Source of the DNA: an uncultured Phycisphaerales bacterium
Lineage (GTDB): Bacteria > Planctomycetota > Phycisphaerae > Tepidisphaerales > Tepidisphaeraceae
DNA: 64,000 bases
Assembly: GCA_963758525.1 (NCBI GenBank)
Contig: CAVWVQ010000003.1
Span: forward strand, 4,352,001 to 4,416,000
Direction of reading: 5' to 3'
Part shown: in pieces, positions 44,820 to 55,915 of the stretch
Position numbering within the stretch: the stretch's first letter is position 1
Layout: each line of letters begins with the position of its first letter
Position numbers and translations under genes: made by a program
Notes under the pieces: generated by a model
What the model was told of the DNA's origin: nothing
The model's database searches: none
Seen by the model: the letters and a program-made list of their open reading frames with translations, nothing else

Positions 44820-46325
44820 TCAGCGAGGCAACGGTTCATCCGAGCGGACGACGAGAGTTCCGGCGGCGACGTCGCCGGTGCGCTGGCGCAACGGGGAGAG
44901 AATGACGACAACCAACGGGACAAATCCCAGTCCGACGTCGATCACGCGCAAAACATTTCGCAGCAGCAGGGAAATCAGCGGCGGGCGCTGGCCGGTCAGA
45001 CTGACGACGCGCATGCCCAGCAGCCATTTCCCCAGGGTCCGGCAAGTCAACATCTCGCCCAGCGCGGTGTGCAGCAAATAGACGCCGATGGACGCCGCCA
45101 TGACGATCTCGCGTGACTGACTGGAGAGCGGCTGCTCAAACACCGCGATTCCAATGATGAACGGAAACAGGTCGATCAATCCTGCGCTGGCCCGACGCGC
45201 CAACGGCGCGATGTGCATCTTTTCCAGGTCGAAAGTCATTCCCTGCATCCGGCGTCGCCAGCGCATCGCTCCGAGAATGGCGACAAACAGCGCCGTCCAG
45301 ACGACGTACTGCATCACGCGAACGATCCCCGAAACCGGCACTTCAGCGGGAAACGAAATCTTCGTGACGGTTCCGGCGATGCTCCCATCGGCAACATCGA
45401 GATCCTGCTCGCTGACCGAAGCTCCGGAACTGAACAGCACGCGTATCCGGCCCAACGCGCAGGCAACTGCGACACTGTCAGCGGACGCAGGAACAAACGA
45501 CAGTGCGACGTGCCGGGCCGGCGTGGCGCCGCTAAAAAAGTCGAGCGTGTCGGCAGCGTGCTCGCGAGCGATCCAGACCACCAGCCTCGAGGTTCCGCGC
45601 AGAAGCCTGGCGGTGGTCACTGGAGCATCACTGGAGAGCAGGGCAACGGTTCTCCATTCAGAGCCGTCAAACTGCACGACGCGCACGACGCGCGTGCCAT
45701 CGACAAACGCCAGGCAGGGGACGTGGTCGATGATCGCAAGACTCGATCGCTCGACGCCGATCGTGGCCGCGCGCGGAATGGGGCCCAGCGATTTCCAGAC
45801 CCCGTCGTCGAGGCGGAACAAAGACGGGGGGAAGGCGACAGACTGCGTGGTCGCTGGCGCCGCGTTGGTCGTCGGCGCGGTGGAGGGCTCGGTGGGAACG
45901 GTTGCGGGCGCTGGGATGACGCCGCCGGTTCCGATCGCCCAGAACGTATCGTCACCGCCAGCCAAATCGATCACCTGCGCGCCGCCCGGCAGCGGCGGGC
46001 CTTCCGAGCTGGTGCCAGCGTCCGATGCCATGACCCATTCCCCGCCTTCCAGCAGCAATCCCAGTTGCTCGCCGCGATGAGCCAGCGCCAGAATGTGACC
46101 GCCCGCTTCACGAAAGCGAAAAAAACTCGAATCACCCGCGCCGCGGACATACACCACCGTGTGAGGCGGGACATCGGGTTGGCTCGCGGACTTGGGCACA
46201 TATTGGGCGATCCAGAACCGATCTTCGGCTCCGTGAGCGAGCAGATTCTCGTTGCGCGCTTCGGCGAGCGCCGCCGACGGGGCCGCGACGATCAGGCTGA
46301 GAATGAGTAATCGGAGCAATGGCAA
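44820..46325 (-). CDS. Signal-peptide protein with C-terminal RDD domain
   Basis: RRASAGLID, TLGKWLLGMRVV, RNVLRVID and QRTGDVAAGTLVV motifs. Confidence 0.85.
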   Translation of the reverse strand: MPLLRLLILSLIVAAPSAALAEARNENLLAHGAEDRFWIAQYVPKSASQPDVPPHTVVYVRGAGDSSFFRFREAGGHILALAHRGEQLGLLLEGGEWVMASDAGTSSEGPPLPGGAQVIDLAGGDDTFWAIGTGGVIPAPATVPTEPSTAPTTNAAPATTQSVAFPPSLFRLDDGVWKSLGPIPRAATIGVERSSLAIIDHVPCLAFVDGTRVVRVVQFDGSEWRTVALLSSDAPVTTARLLRGTSRLVVWIAREHAADTLDFFSGATPARHVALSFVPASADSVAVACALGRIRVLFSSGASVSEQDLDVADGSIAGTVTKISFPAEVPVSGIVRVMQYVVWTALFVAILGAMRWRRRMQGMTFDLEKMHIAPLARRASAGLIDLFPFIIGIAVFEQPLSSQSREIVMAASIGVYLLHTALGEMLTCRTLGKWLLGMRVVSLTGQRPPLISLLLRNVLRVIDVGLGFVPLVVVILSPLRQRTGDVAAGTLVVRSDEPLPR

Positions 46326-46331
46326 TTGAGC

Positions 46332-47336
46332 TCACTGGATCAGAATTGCACGGCTGTCGCCTTGTGGCGGACGCTGGAAGCTCCGGTCGCTGGGGACCGC
46401 TCGTGAGCCTTCTCCACGATGGAGCATGACGTCTTTGAGCGTAATCTCCATCTTCGAGCCGTTTTCGGGGAAGTAGAGGCTGTATTTTCCCGGCACCCAC
46501 GGCCAGTCCTTCTGCGCCGCATTCGGCGCCTCCACCTGGCGATGGTCGGATAAAATCGCGCGGACAACCACCCGTCCATTCACATCGAACAGAAAGACGT
46601 AGATCGGCCGAAGTGAATCGACGTCGTACCAGACCTCGCGCTGCGCCACCCAGCGGTCAGGCAGCTTCGTGTTCCAGACGATCATGTAGGCGCGCGCGTC
46701 ATTATTGAATCGGAGCGTCGGGACGGGGAGCTCATTGAGGTTGCTGTCGATCGTCCCCAATCCCAGAACCTGCAGAATCATGTCCGGCTGAATGGGAATC
46801 TGATTCCTCTCCAGTGCGCCGGCCGTCAGATCGGCGAAGTTGCCATACCAAAGGGTGTTGACCTCGGGGACAACGCGGAACCAGTAATCCGTTGCGTTGG
46901 TGCCCATGTCGAAGACGGTGCCGAGAAGATCCTTGGATCCATTCAGCCGGAAATCGGAAGGAGATCGATAGAGCAGAACGCCGTCACCGTTCACGAAGTG
47001 AGGCCTTTTCATGTCGTCGACGATCGTGGCTTCGTAGTAGTCGCTTGCCCAGAGCGTCGGGAGCTTCTGGTTGTTGGCGTTAATCGCGCTGATCAGCTCC
47101 TGCATGGTCTTGGTCGGCCCATGATAGGGGGGAACAACACGCACATTTGCCCCGGAACTGTTGCTGAGGCAGCCCACACAGCAGAGCGAGAACAGAGACA
47201 CAGCGCAGAGTGAGGTCGCGGCGGACAACGAATTCCGTCGCCAGGCAGCGGGAGCGCGATAAGGGTGGAGATGCGTAATGCCGGCTCTTCCGCACGAGCT
47301 GCGGCCCGTGCAACAAAAGGTTTCACAGCTCTTCAC
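46332..47336 (-). CDS. Hypothetical lipoprotein-like protein; start uncertain
   Basis: Long ORF in an operon-like run; hydrophobic stretch ending CCVGC. Confidence 0.7.
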   Translation of the reverse strand: MKSCETFCCTGRSSCGRAGITHLHPYRAPAAWRRNSLSAATSLCAVSLFSLCCVGCLSNSSGANVRVVPPYHGPTKTMQELISAINANNQKLPTLWASDYYEATIVDDMKRPHFVNGDGVLLYRSPSDFRLNGSKDLLGTVFDMGTNATDYWFRVVPEVNTLWYGNFADLTAGALERNQIPIQPDMILQVLGLGTIDSNLNELPVPTLRFNNDARAYMIVWNTKLPDRWVAQREVWYDVDSLRPIYVFLFDVNGRVVVRAILSDHRQVEAPNAAQKDWPWVPGKYSLYFPENGSKMEITLKDVMLHRGEGSRAVPSDRSFQRPPQGDSRAILIQ

Positions 47337-47847
47337 TGAGAATTTGCCCGAGTTGCTGACTGACCTCGGCGATCTGCTGCTCGGTCAATTTCGGGTCGAT
47401 CAGATCGAGGCGTTCTTCCTTCCCCTTCATCCGTACGATCCAAAAGTCGCGGTCTCCCTCTTGCCGGCTCCCTTCGTAAACGACCAGCCGTTTGCGCATC
47501 AGGATCAGTCCGAGCACAAAGCGGAATTGCACCTTCAACGGTTCCTGGGCGTCAGCGAGACGCTCGAAGAGCTGCGAGAGGACTTCGTCATCGACAAACA
47601 GTTTTTTCTTCTCCTCGCCGGGCGCCGGCATGGTTGTCTGCCAGAAGCCGAGCAACGATTCGCGATCGAACGAGTTCCAGCAATTGAGGGAGAGATCGAT
47701 TCGTTCGAGCCCGGCGGGCGTTTCGCGCACCGCCGTCACAAACTTCGCACCCGGCAGAATCGCTTCGCCGCACAAGGCACACTGTCCGAGGGGTCGGGGA
47801 ACGTCATACCCCGCTTTTGCAATTTTTGGTCCAGCCGCCGTGCTCAT
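47323..47847 (-). CDS. Conserved hypothetical protein (CxxC)
   Basis: 174-aa ORF with CALC and LILMRKR; overlaps its neighbour in operon fashion. Confidence 0.7.
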   Translation of the reverse strand: MSTAAGPKIAKAGYDVPRPLGQCALCGEAILPGAKFVTAVRETPAGLERIDLSLNCWNSFDRESLLGFWQTTMPAPGEEKKKLFVDDEVLSQLFERLADAQEPLKVQFRFVLGLILMRKRLVVYEGSRQEGDRDFWIVRMKGKEERLDLIDPKLTEQQIAEVSQQLGQILSEEL

Positions 47848-47884
47848 TCACTGCCTCCATGTCGGGCAAGACTATAACCGGAAA

Positions 47885-48045
47885 TGGAGGGGAGGGAAGA
47901 TCTGGGGAGGGCACGAAGGCACGGAGGCACGAAGGCACGAAGGGGGGAGGGACGAAGCGCGAAGTTGAGGGAGAGGACAGGGGACGAAGTGGGGGAGGGA
48001 CAAAGCGCGAAGTGGAGGGAGGATACGGGGAACGAAGTGGGGATC
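47885..48045 (+). repeat. Purine-rich GGCACGAA/GGGACGAA repeat arm
   Basis: GGCACGAAGGCACGGAGGCACGAAGGCACGAAG followed by duplicated GGGAC(G/A)AAGCGCGAAGT(T/G)GAGGGAG units. Confidence 0.8.
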
Positions 48046-48169
48046 GATGGAACTTGCCAACATCGCCGGAAGTGGCTTGCCCTTCGCGGAAGACTCAAAG
48101 TCTTCGCAGGGACAGTGGAACCTGATCTGCGAGACACGGCGCCAGGGTCTGCCGCCTCGCTTCGCGCAG

Positions 48170-48427
48170 TCATGAAACTCGGAAGAATCGCGAGGAGGTT
48201 CCCCCGTCACCGACGTTGAAGCGCACCTTTCCGCCGCAGCGCGGGCAGGCGCCGGCGTAGTGGGTTCCGTCGGCGGAGCGGTAGATGCGCTGATAAACGC
48301 CGCAGCAGTCGAATTGAACGCTCAGCCAGGGTCGCGGGCGGGGGGCGTGGTTCGCTGGCTCGACGGGTTGGCTGTCAGACTTCAACCCGCTGATGTCGAG
48401 TTTGTAGTCGCGTGGATCGCCGCTCAT
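48170..48427 (-). CDS. Small putative zinc-binding protein
   Basis: FDCCGVYQRIY and CPRCG motifs. Confidence 0.75.
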   Translation of the reverse strand: MSGDPRDYKLDISGLKSDSQPVEPANHAPRPRPWLSVQFDCCGVYQRIYRSADGTHYAGACPRCGGKVRFNVGDGGTSSRFFRVS

Positions 48428-49045
48428 ATGCCTTGATCGTGACGCTGCCAGATTCTGGGGCTCACGCGCTGGATAAGCAGTGCGGCCCGGGAGAGCAATT
48501 GCGTCGTGGTGGACTCAATATTTTGGCGTTCCGCCGGCGTTAATTCGGTGAGATTGACGCGCACGTTGTAGACCGCGCAGTGCGCGGTCGCCATCGCCAG
48601 ATCCGAGCAGACGGCCAAATCGGACAGCAGGTGGTAATTGACGAAGTTGATGATGCGGTCGGTCAGCTCCAGCACCGCCACCGCAGCGGCGGCGATCGCC
48701 TGGGGAATTCGGATCGACGCCAGCAGCGCGGGAGGGAATGACGCGGTGCGCTCGGGAGACCCGGCAGGGAACTTGCGCGCGGGAAACCGCCTCGTAGGCG
48801 GCCTGGTCTTCCAGCATCAGGTTGAGCATCAAGTGCCTGGCTCGGTGCAATTCCGTCAAGACCGGCTTCAGCTCGCCGGTGAATGCTTCGAGGCCCTTTT
48901 TGCCGAGACTGTAGTTCACGACCATCTCGCCGATGGCGGCGGAAAGAGCGCCGGTCAGTGCCGCGACACTGCCTCCCCCAGGCGTCGGTTGACGGGCGGC
49001 CGTTGCGTCCAGAAACAAATTCAGCGGAGTGCGATCATCGTACAT
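48424..49045 (-). CDS. Formiminotetrahydrofolate cyclodeaminase/cyclohydrolase family; apparent frameshift near 48775
   Basis: PTPGGGSVAAL, EDQAAY, LLSDL and YNVRVNL motifs in two frames. Confidence 0.88.
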
Positions 49046-49244
49046 CAGGTCATTGCTCGTTTTCGATTGTTGCTCTCCGGTCCTGGATCTGCATTCCTCT
49101 CCCGCAAAAATCTACCCCTGCTGAGACCTGCCGTTGGATTATCACGGAATTATATCTCGCAAATTCTTGCTGGCAAGCGATTGAAACACGCCACAAGTTG
49201 GAAGGGTCGGAAGGGGTCTTGACACTTTTCGCGGGGTTGCGCTT

Positions 49245-49377
49245 TCCCCCTCCCCTGGTACTCCGGGGGACGGTTGGGGTGGGGGCGGTATCGTCCGCGA
49301 GTGCTCTGTCGCGTCGCCCAAGCCTTTCCCCATCTGGCCCCGACTATAGCCCTACCCCGGTGTACCAAGGGAGGGGA
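49245..49377. repeat. CCCTCTCCC-type palindromic repeat (degenerate)
   Basis: TCCCCCTCCCCTGGTACTCCGGGG...CCCCGGTGTACCAAGGGAGGGGA; related to 21027-21142 in imuB. Confidence 0.75.
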
Positions 49378-49425
49378 CAGGCCCGCCGGAAGCCTCACGC
49401 ACTCAGATCGACCAGGTCGCCTCTG

Positions 49426-52390
49426 CTATTTCGCCGCTCCGCCGGTGTCATGCTGAATACCCCGGGGTGTCAGCTCGACTGGTGGAAACGCCGTATAAAC
49501 GCGCGGGCCCTTGCGAACTTCAACCGACTCCGGCGTCGGCGTACTGATCGTCACGATGCACGAATTCAGCCGTTGCCGCGCGATCTGCTGCACATCCGCA
49601 AGCGTGACGCCCTTGATTCGATCGGCAAACTGAGCGTGAAAGTCATAGCCAAGCCCAAATAATTCGTCCAGCGCGGCGCTGGTTGCCTGTTCGGCGGGCG
49701 ATTCGTGGTCCATCGCGTCGGCCAGCGTAATCAGCTCCTTGGAGCGATCGAACCACTTCGGGTTGATATCGGCGGCCGTCCCCTGCTCACGGGCGATATT
49801 CTGCAAACAAGTTTCCACTACTTCATTCACTTTGGACGGCGCGCACCCGGCAAATACGAAGAAACTGCCGGGAAGACTGGTGGTGCGGCCAGGAGAATTC
49901 ACTGCTTCCACAACATACACCAGGCCCCGGCCGCGAAGCGTTTCAAAGAGGTAGCCGGTCGGAAATGTGTATCCGCCGGCAATCGTTTGGGCTACTGTCA
50001 GCGGGTACATCTCAGGCGAGCCGATCACGGCATTCGAGTGAAAACCGATGACAATCCCCGCCAGTTCCTGATCGGTCTTCTGCACGGCCACCTGCTCGAC
50101 ATTCACGGTCGGAACCGATGGCTGCGTCGTGGCGGGCGGCGCTTCGTGCGCGATGGCGTCAGCAGCCGTCGAAGGCTTGGGGCCTTTGCCTAAAAATTGG
50201 TTCGCGAGCGACCTGGCCTTCTCGAGGTCGACATCTCCGTAAATCGCCAGCACGCGTTTCTGGCCCAGGATTTTCGAATGATACCAGTCGCGCACCATGC
50301 CGGGACTGAAACTGTTCACGTTGTCGGCGCTGCCGAGCGGAACAAACTGATACGGAGAGTCGAGCGGGCCGAAATACTTCTGCTTGAAGAAGCGAATGGC
50401 CTGCGCCGACCAATCGGCGTCTTCGCCGGCGATGCGCGGAAATCCGCCGCTTCATCTGATCGACTTCCTTGGGATCGAACGCCGGGTTATTGACGATATC
50501 GGCGTACACGTCGAGCGTCTTTTCGAGGTCCCCTTTCAGGCATGTCGCGGTCCACGACCACGTATTGTTGCCGCAGGCGGTTTCCATCTCCCCGCCGATG
50601 GAGGAGAAGAATCTTGAGATGTCGTCGGCGCTGCGGGTCGCGGTGCCGCGCGGAAGCGAGAGCATGGTCAGATTGCCCAGCCCGTTGGTCTTCGCGTCTT
50701 CTGCGGTGATTCCGCCCACGGCGTACATCTGCACGACAATCAGCGGCGACGTGGAAATCCGCTTGAGGAGCAGAATCGTTCCGTTGTCGAGCTCGGCGCG
50801 CACGACTTGTGATGCAGGCGACGCAGCCGCCGGCTGGGTCGTTGACGCCCCGGCGGAGCCGATCGGCCGGATCAGATCGACGGCGCGGGGCAGACCCTGC
50901 GCGCCGGCGTATTCCGCCGGCAACATGGCGCTGGTCAGCAGCCTGGTGCGATCGAGATATTTGCCGGCAACACGCTTCACGTCAGCGCCCGTCAACGCAT
51001 CAATTCGCTTTACATACAATTCGCTGAAGTGGGCATCGCCGGTGGTCATGTAATCTTCGGCCAGCGAGGAGGCGATTTCTTCCGTTGTCTGCAGCCGTTT
51101 GACCAGGGCAACGCGGATGTCGGTCTTGGCGCGGGCGAGGGATTCGTCATCCACACCGTTCTTCTTGATCGATTCGAGCATCGCGAGCACCGCGTCGGTG
51201 GCCGGCTGCACTTTTTCCGGATCCAGTTCCATGTCGATGCTGAACGTCCCGGCCGCGTAGGAAGGCGTCTCATCGTCAACGGAGATCGTGTTGACCAGTT
51301 GCTGCTTGTCGCGAATTTCGCGAACCAGCAGGGAGCTTTCGCTTCCGCCGAGCACGTCGGCCAATAAATCCAGCGCGTAGAGATCGGGGTCGTCCATCCG
51401 GACCGACGGGAAGCCCAACTGCAATTTCGCCTGTCCGAGCTTGGGAAACGTGGCGACGACGGTTCGCGGCGACATCACCTGCGGCTCGGCAGCAATATCA
51501 TGCGAAGAGACGCGCCCCGGCTTGGCGTCGGAGACATATTTTCTCACCGACAGCAGCATCTGCTCGGGATCGATGTCGCCGGCAACGGCGAAGAGCATGT
51601 TGTTGGGCTGATACGCGAGCTTGTAATACGAATAGACGTCGTCGCGCGAGAGCCCCTGAATCACCTCCTGATATCCGATGACCGGCACGCGCGCGGGGCT
51701 TACCTTGTAGCGGTTGGTCGCGGAGAGGTAATAAAATTGCCGGTCCGGCTCGCCCTTGCCCATCTCCAGCTCACGCTGCACAACCTGATATTCGCGGCGA
51801 TATTCCGCCGGCGTGATCAAAGCGCCGAGCATCCAGCCGGTGACGAGGTCCACTGCTTCGTCCATGTGCCCGGTGGTCGTATTCACGAAAAACGCGGTAT
51901 GATCCTCGCTGGTGTACGCGTTGGAGTTATTGCCGATGCGTTGCAGCAGATCGCGGTTTTGCGCTTCGGTGCGGCGCTGGTTGCTTCCGCCCGCAACGAG
52001 GTGTTCGAGCAGATGGCTCAGGCCGCCCCCGAGCCATTTCCCTTCATACACGCCGCCGGTGAAGCAGTATCCGCGAACCGAGGCTACCGGGGACGGAACG
52101 CGCTTGGCGATCACGACCATCCCGTTGCGGAGCACGGAGATAATCTCGTCTTTCCGATCGACCACGCGCGAGATTTCCGCGCCGTACCCGGCCATCTGCG
52201 ACTTGTTCTGCAGCAGCTCATTTCCCTGCGCGTCGCCGCCCGCAGGCGGGACGGTCGTGGATGGCTGGGTTGTCGGCGGCGCCTCCGCGGGTGTTGTTGC
52301 CGCGTTGGGCTGCGTCGCCGGCGGGGACGATGTCTGACACGCCAGGTTCAAGAGTCCAAAACCGGTCAAGAGAATCATCCAACACTTCAT
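49426..52390 (-). CDS. M16 (pitrilysin-family) zinc peptidase lipoprotein; apparent frameshift near 50435
   Basis: HLLEH inverted zinc motif, NAYTS, second M16 half and lipobox LNLAC. Confidence 0.92.
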
Positions 52391-52437
52391 GTGGTTTGCT
52401 CCGCTGCCAGCTACGCTGGAAAGATCAGGATTCTGTC

Positions 52438-52929
52438 TTAGAACGCCGCTTCGTCGTCCTGCTCGATTTCATGCAGATAGGTAAGAGCTCGCTCCAACTC
52501 GCCCTTGAGGTGCCGAACGCGCAGCAGGCTCTTGACGCGCGTCAGCAGTTCAAATTTATTGACGGGCTTGCTCACAAAATCGTCGGTTCCATATTCGGTG
52601 GCACGCTCGATGTCGCCCAGCTCGTTGAGCGCGGTGACCATTAAAATCTGAATGTCGCGGGTTTTCGGATCGCTCTTGAGCCGCTTGCAGACCTCAAATC
52701 CGCTCATGTGCGGCATCATGATGTCGAGCAGGATGAGATCGGGCGCCGATTCGCGCACCTGATTGAGCGCTTCAACGCCGTCGGCTGCCGTGACGATCCG
52801 CACGTGCAGCGACTCGAGGAATGCCTGAAGCAACTCCACGTTTTGCGGATTGTCATCAACGATGAGGACGGTAGATTGCGGCAGGGCCGCGTCCGCCGAT
52901 TGCGGGTTTGCGGGTTCAATGTCGGCCAT
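52438..52929 (-). CDS. Single-domain response regulator
   Basis: LIVDD, LLDIMMP, MVTA and FVSKP motifs. Confidence 0.93.
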   Translation of the reverse strand: MADIEPANPQSADAALPQSTVLIVDDNPQNVELLQAFLESLHVRIVTAADGVEALNQVRESAPDLILLDIMMPHMSGFEVCKRLKSDPKTRDIQILMVTALNELGDIERATEYGTDDFVSKPVNKFELLTRVKSLLRVRHLKGELERALTYLHEIEQDDEAAF

Positions 52930-53012
52930 ACGGGCGCTCCGGGTCGATGCGACAGCATTGCCGCGTTGCCCGACGACGGGGACTATACGCGCACCGCGCG
53001 GGCATGTAAACA

Positions 53013-53256
53013 AGGGGTCAGGGCTCAGAGAGGGTTCAGGGTTGAGGGTTGAGGGTTCAGGGTTCAGGGTTCGGCGGATTAGAGTATCGGGGCCAACGTG
53101 TCTAGTGTTTCAGGTCGTTGGGTTAGACTGCCTGTTAGGCACCAACTCTCCAAACCCTGAAACCCCCCTGAACCCTGACACCCTGAACCCTGACACCCTG
53201 AACCCTGACACCCTGAACCCTGAACCCTGAACCCTGAACCCTGACACCCTGAACCC
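53013..53256. repeat. (GGGTTCA)n/(TGAACCC, TGACACCC)n inverted-repeat hairpin
   Basis: Left arm 53013-53072 and right arm 53153-53256, which abuts the glycosyltransferase stop codon. Confidence 0.92.
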
Positions 53257-54335
53257 TACTCCGCCTCCAGACGCAGCAACTTCTTGTACAGCGGCAGCAC
53301 AGTTTCCCACGTGAACTTCCGCATGACGTGATTGCGGCCGATGAGAATGAGCTTCCGTCGGAGCGCGGAATTGTCGGCGACCATCGCGATCAGCTCCGCG
53401 AGCCGGCGCGGCGATCGCACCGGCGCGAGCAGGCCTGTCGTTCCGTGGCGCACGACATCGCGGATTCCCGGAACGTGCGTCGCAACGACCGGAACGCCGG
53501 CGGCCATTGCCTCGATCAGCACCAGCCCGAATCCTTCGGCCTCCGAAGGGAGCACCAATACATCTATCTTCGCCAGCGCCTCCTGCGGCCGCTCCACCGC
53601 GCCGTGAAACGTCACATGATTCTCCAGGTGCTTGCGCGTCACCATCGCATCCAGCCGCTCGCGTTCGCTTCCGGCGCCGAAGAGATGAAGATGCACCGCA
53701 TCACCCAGGAATGCGACGGCGCGAATCAGATCGGGGATGCGCTTGATCGGATCGAGCCGCCCGATGAATCCCACGCGCACCGGCCGCGAGGGCATGGACG
53801 TATCGCGTCCGGCAAGCTCGGCGAATTCGGCCGGGTCGATCGCGTTCGGAATGATAACGAGCTTTTGGGCGGGAATGTGCGATCGTTCCTGCGCCACTTG
53901 CGCCACCGACTGCGACGGCACGATCACCGCCTTTGCCGCGCGATGCACGATCCATTGCAGTCGCCAGTGCCAGCGGGGCTTTGGCTGCGTCGTTTGAATG
54001 GACTGAAGAAATCGAACCCCTCGCATCCGCAGCGATCCCACGGCAGCGACCACATTCGCGTGCAGCAGAAAGCTGACGACGGTGTCGTATGATTCGGCCC
54101 GCAGGAGGGCGACGAACCGATTAAAAACGCCGAGGTCTTTGCTGCCATGGGCGTCGAGCGTCCTGACGGAAATGCCCCGCGCCTCGAGCTGATCCGCCAC
54201 GGGCCCGCGGCCAGCCAGGCACGCCACGTCCACGCGCACTTCCGGGGGATGATGCAGTCTCAGCGCCAATTCGCGAACGACCGTCGGCGTGCCGCCGATT
54301 TCAAGATCCGTGATGAGCAGGAGAATGCGCCTCAC
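53256..54335 (-). CDS. GT4-family glycosyltransferase
   Basis: IGG, IPNAID, FIGRLDPIKR and EGFGLVLIEAMAAG motifs. Confidence 0.93.
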   Translation of the reverse strand: MRRILLLITDLEIGGTPTVVRELALRLHHPPEVRVDVACLAGRGPVADQLEARGISVRTLDAHGSKDLGVFNRFVALLRAESYDTVVSFLLHANVVAAVGSLRMRGVRFLQSIQTTQPKPRWHWRLQWIVHRAAKAVIVPSQSVAQVAQERSHIPAQKLVIIPNAIDPAEFAELAGRDTSMPSRPVRVGFIGRLDPIKRIPDLIRAVAFLGDAVHLHLFGAGSERERLDAMVTRKHLENHVTFHGAVERPQEALAKIDVLVLPSEAEGFGLVLIEAMAAGVPVVATHVPGIRDVVRHGTTGLLAPVRSPRRLAELIAMVADNSALRRKLILIGRNHVMRKFTWETVLPLYKKLLRLEAE

Positions 54336-54396
54336 AGCCGCAGTGTAGACAAAACACCGCGACAGAGCAGCGATGAGATGGAAAATCCGAGGACCA

Positions 54397-54539
54397 GGGT
54401 GTGGCGCTCGAAAGTGGCGATCGGCTCCGAGTAGGGCGGGATTCATCCCGCCGATTTGTTGGCCGGCCGAGAAAACGGCGGGATGAATCCCGCCCTACGA
54501 TCGCAAAATCTGCAATCGCCACAAATAAAAGTTACACCC
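54397..54539. mobile_element. 143-bp MITE, copy 2
   Basis: Near-identical to 7800-7942; flanked by GAGGACCA/GACGACCA (7 of 8 match). Confidence 0.88.
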
Positions 54540-54607
54540 GACGACCAACTCCCATTGCTAAATGGCGCTACGCGATCCTGCCCGGTCCGCGGTGACCGAA
54601 AAATGCA

Positions 54608-54705
54608 GAACACGAATCGACACCAATTTCGCACGAATCTTCACGAAGAAGGTTTCCCCGCATTTATTCGTGAGGATTCGTGCCCATTGGTGCAGATTCG
54701 TGTTC
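54608..54705. repeat. CACGAAT/ATTCGTG inverted-repeat hairpin
   Basis: GAACACGAATC...GCACGAATCTTCACGAA mirrored by TTCGTGAGGATTCGTGC...GATTCGTGTTC. Confidence 0.85.
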
Positions 54706-54796
54706 CCTGTTCATGGATTCGCGCGGATCCCGGGAGATGCCGGGACTGTTCGCAGCAAGGTCATTAAAGAGGTCGTGCGATGTTCTGGAACGTCCT

Positions 54797-55084
54797 CTAA
54801 GCGGGATGGCTGGCGGCTTGGCCGAGATCCAGTTCTCGCCGGGGCGCGTCGCCGCGGCCGCTGGACTCGATCCGATCCAGCGTGCGCGCCACCAGACCTT
54901 TCGGCGGCTCTGGAACCTGATGCAGATCGATTAACTGGAGCAATCGCTCCAGCCGCTGCACACGCGGGCGCAGCGGAGCATTCGCGCCGGCGTACACCGC
55001 CTGACCATTGCCTTTGGCAGATGCCATGCGATCCATCAGCAGATCGATTGCGTGCCGGTCCTCTCGATGAAGTTTCGCGCTCAT
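54797..55084 (-). CDS. Small hypothetical protein, possibly anti-sigma-like
   Basis: 95-aa ORF downstream of an ECF sigma factor; PEPPKGLVARTL resembles anti-sigma segments. Confidence 0.55.
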   Translation of the reverse strand: MSAKLHREDRHAIDLLMDRMASAKGNGQAVYAGANAPLRPRVQRLERLLQLIDLHQVPEPPKGLVARTLDRIESSGRGDAPRRELDLGQAASHPA

Positions 55085-55240
55085 GAATGTTTCCCGTACG
55101 TGGCCGACCTGATTGTCGGCGACCGCTCCATCCTGAAGCAACCATAGCCTTTCGATCCGTCGAAAAGCTTCAGGTTTAGTCGCGCCAGCCTCACGGCCGA
55201 GATGTGATTACGCGCTGAACACTGTTCTCTCTACGTATCT

Positions 55241-55915
55241 CTACGATGCGTTTCGCCGCCGGTTCGAGGCTCTCCATCGATCCGCGAAATGTGCCACGGC
55301 CGCATGCAGCCGGGACTTCACCGTGCCCAGCGGAATGTCGAGGATGTCGCTGATCTGCTTGTAGGGAAACTGATGGAAGTAGCTGAGCAACAGGATCTCC
55401 CGCAGGTTCTCAGGCATCGTGCCGATCGTGTTCTGCACCAACTGCTGAAGCTCGCGCTTTTCCATCTCGGCGCCGGGGGCTTCGCCCACGGATTCCATCA
55501 GATCGATAAACTCGCCGCCCTCTTCGTCGTTCGGACTGATCGATGCCTGCAGCGGATTTGCCGGCCGACGCGCCTGGGCACGGATCAGATCGCGGGCCTT
55601 GTTGGCCGCTATCGTGAAAAGCCACGGCCGAAACCGGCGCTGCGTGTCGAACGTTTCCGCGGATTGATGGACTTGGAGGAACGTTTCCTGAAACACATCC
55701 TCGGCGCTGGCGTGGTTACTGAGAAACCGGACGAGGAAATGATAGACTTCGCGATGATATCGGTTGACGAGCTGCGCGAAGCATGCTCGGTCACCCTGGC
55801 GATACTCTTCAAGCAGGCGCTCATCCGAGATTGCGGCCGTTGCCGCGGAGCGCGCGAACGCCGCGTGTGGATGTGATACGTCGCCGAGTTTGTCTCGACT
55901 GGTGCCGGGCAACAC
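55241..55915 (-). CDS. ECF RNA polymerase sigma factor
   Basis: AEDVFQETFL, FRPWLFTIAANKARD and IPLGTVKSRLH motifs; AGGAGG precedes the GTG. Confidence 0.93.
   Translation of the reverse strand: MLPGTSRDKLGDVSHPHAAFARSAATAAISDERLLEEYRQGDRACFAQLVNRYHREVYHFLVRFLSNHASAEDVFQETFLQVHQSAETFDTQRRFRPWLFTIAANKARDLIRAQARRPANPLQASISPNDEEGGEFIDLMESVGEAPGAEMEKRELQQLVQNTIGTMPENLREILLLSYFHQFPYKQISDILDIPLGTVKSRLHAAVAHFADRWRASNRRRNAS

Noticed and set aside
53256..54446. Extended N-terminus of the glycosyltransferase
   Set aside because: The extension runs into the MITE; the GT4-like sequence starts at the GTG at 54335.
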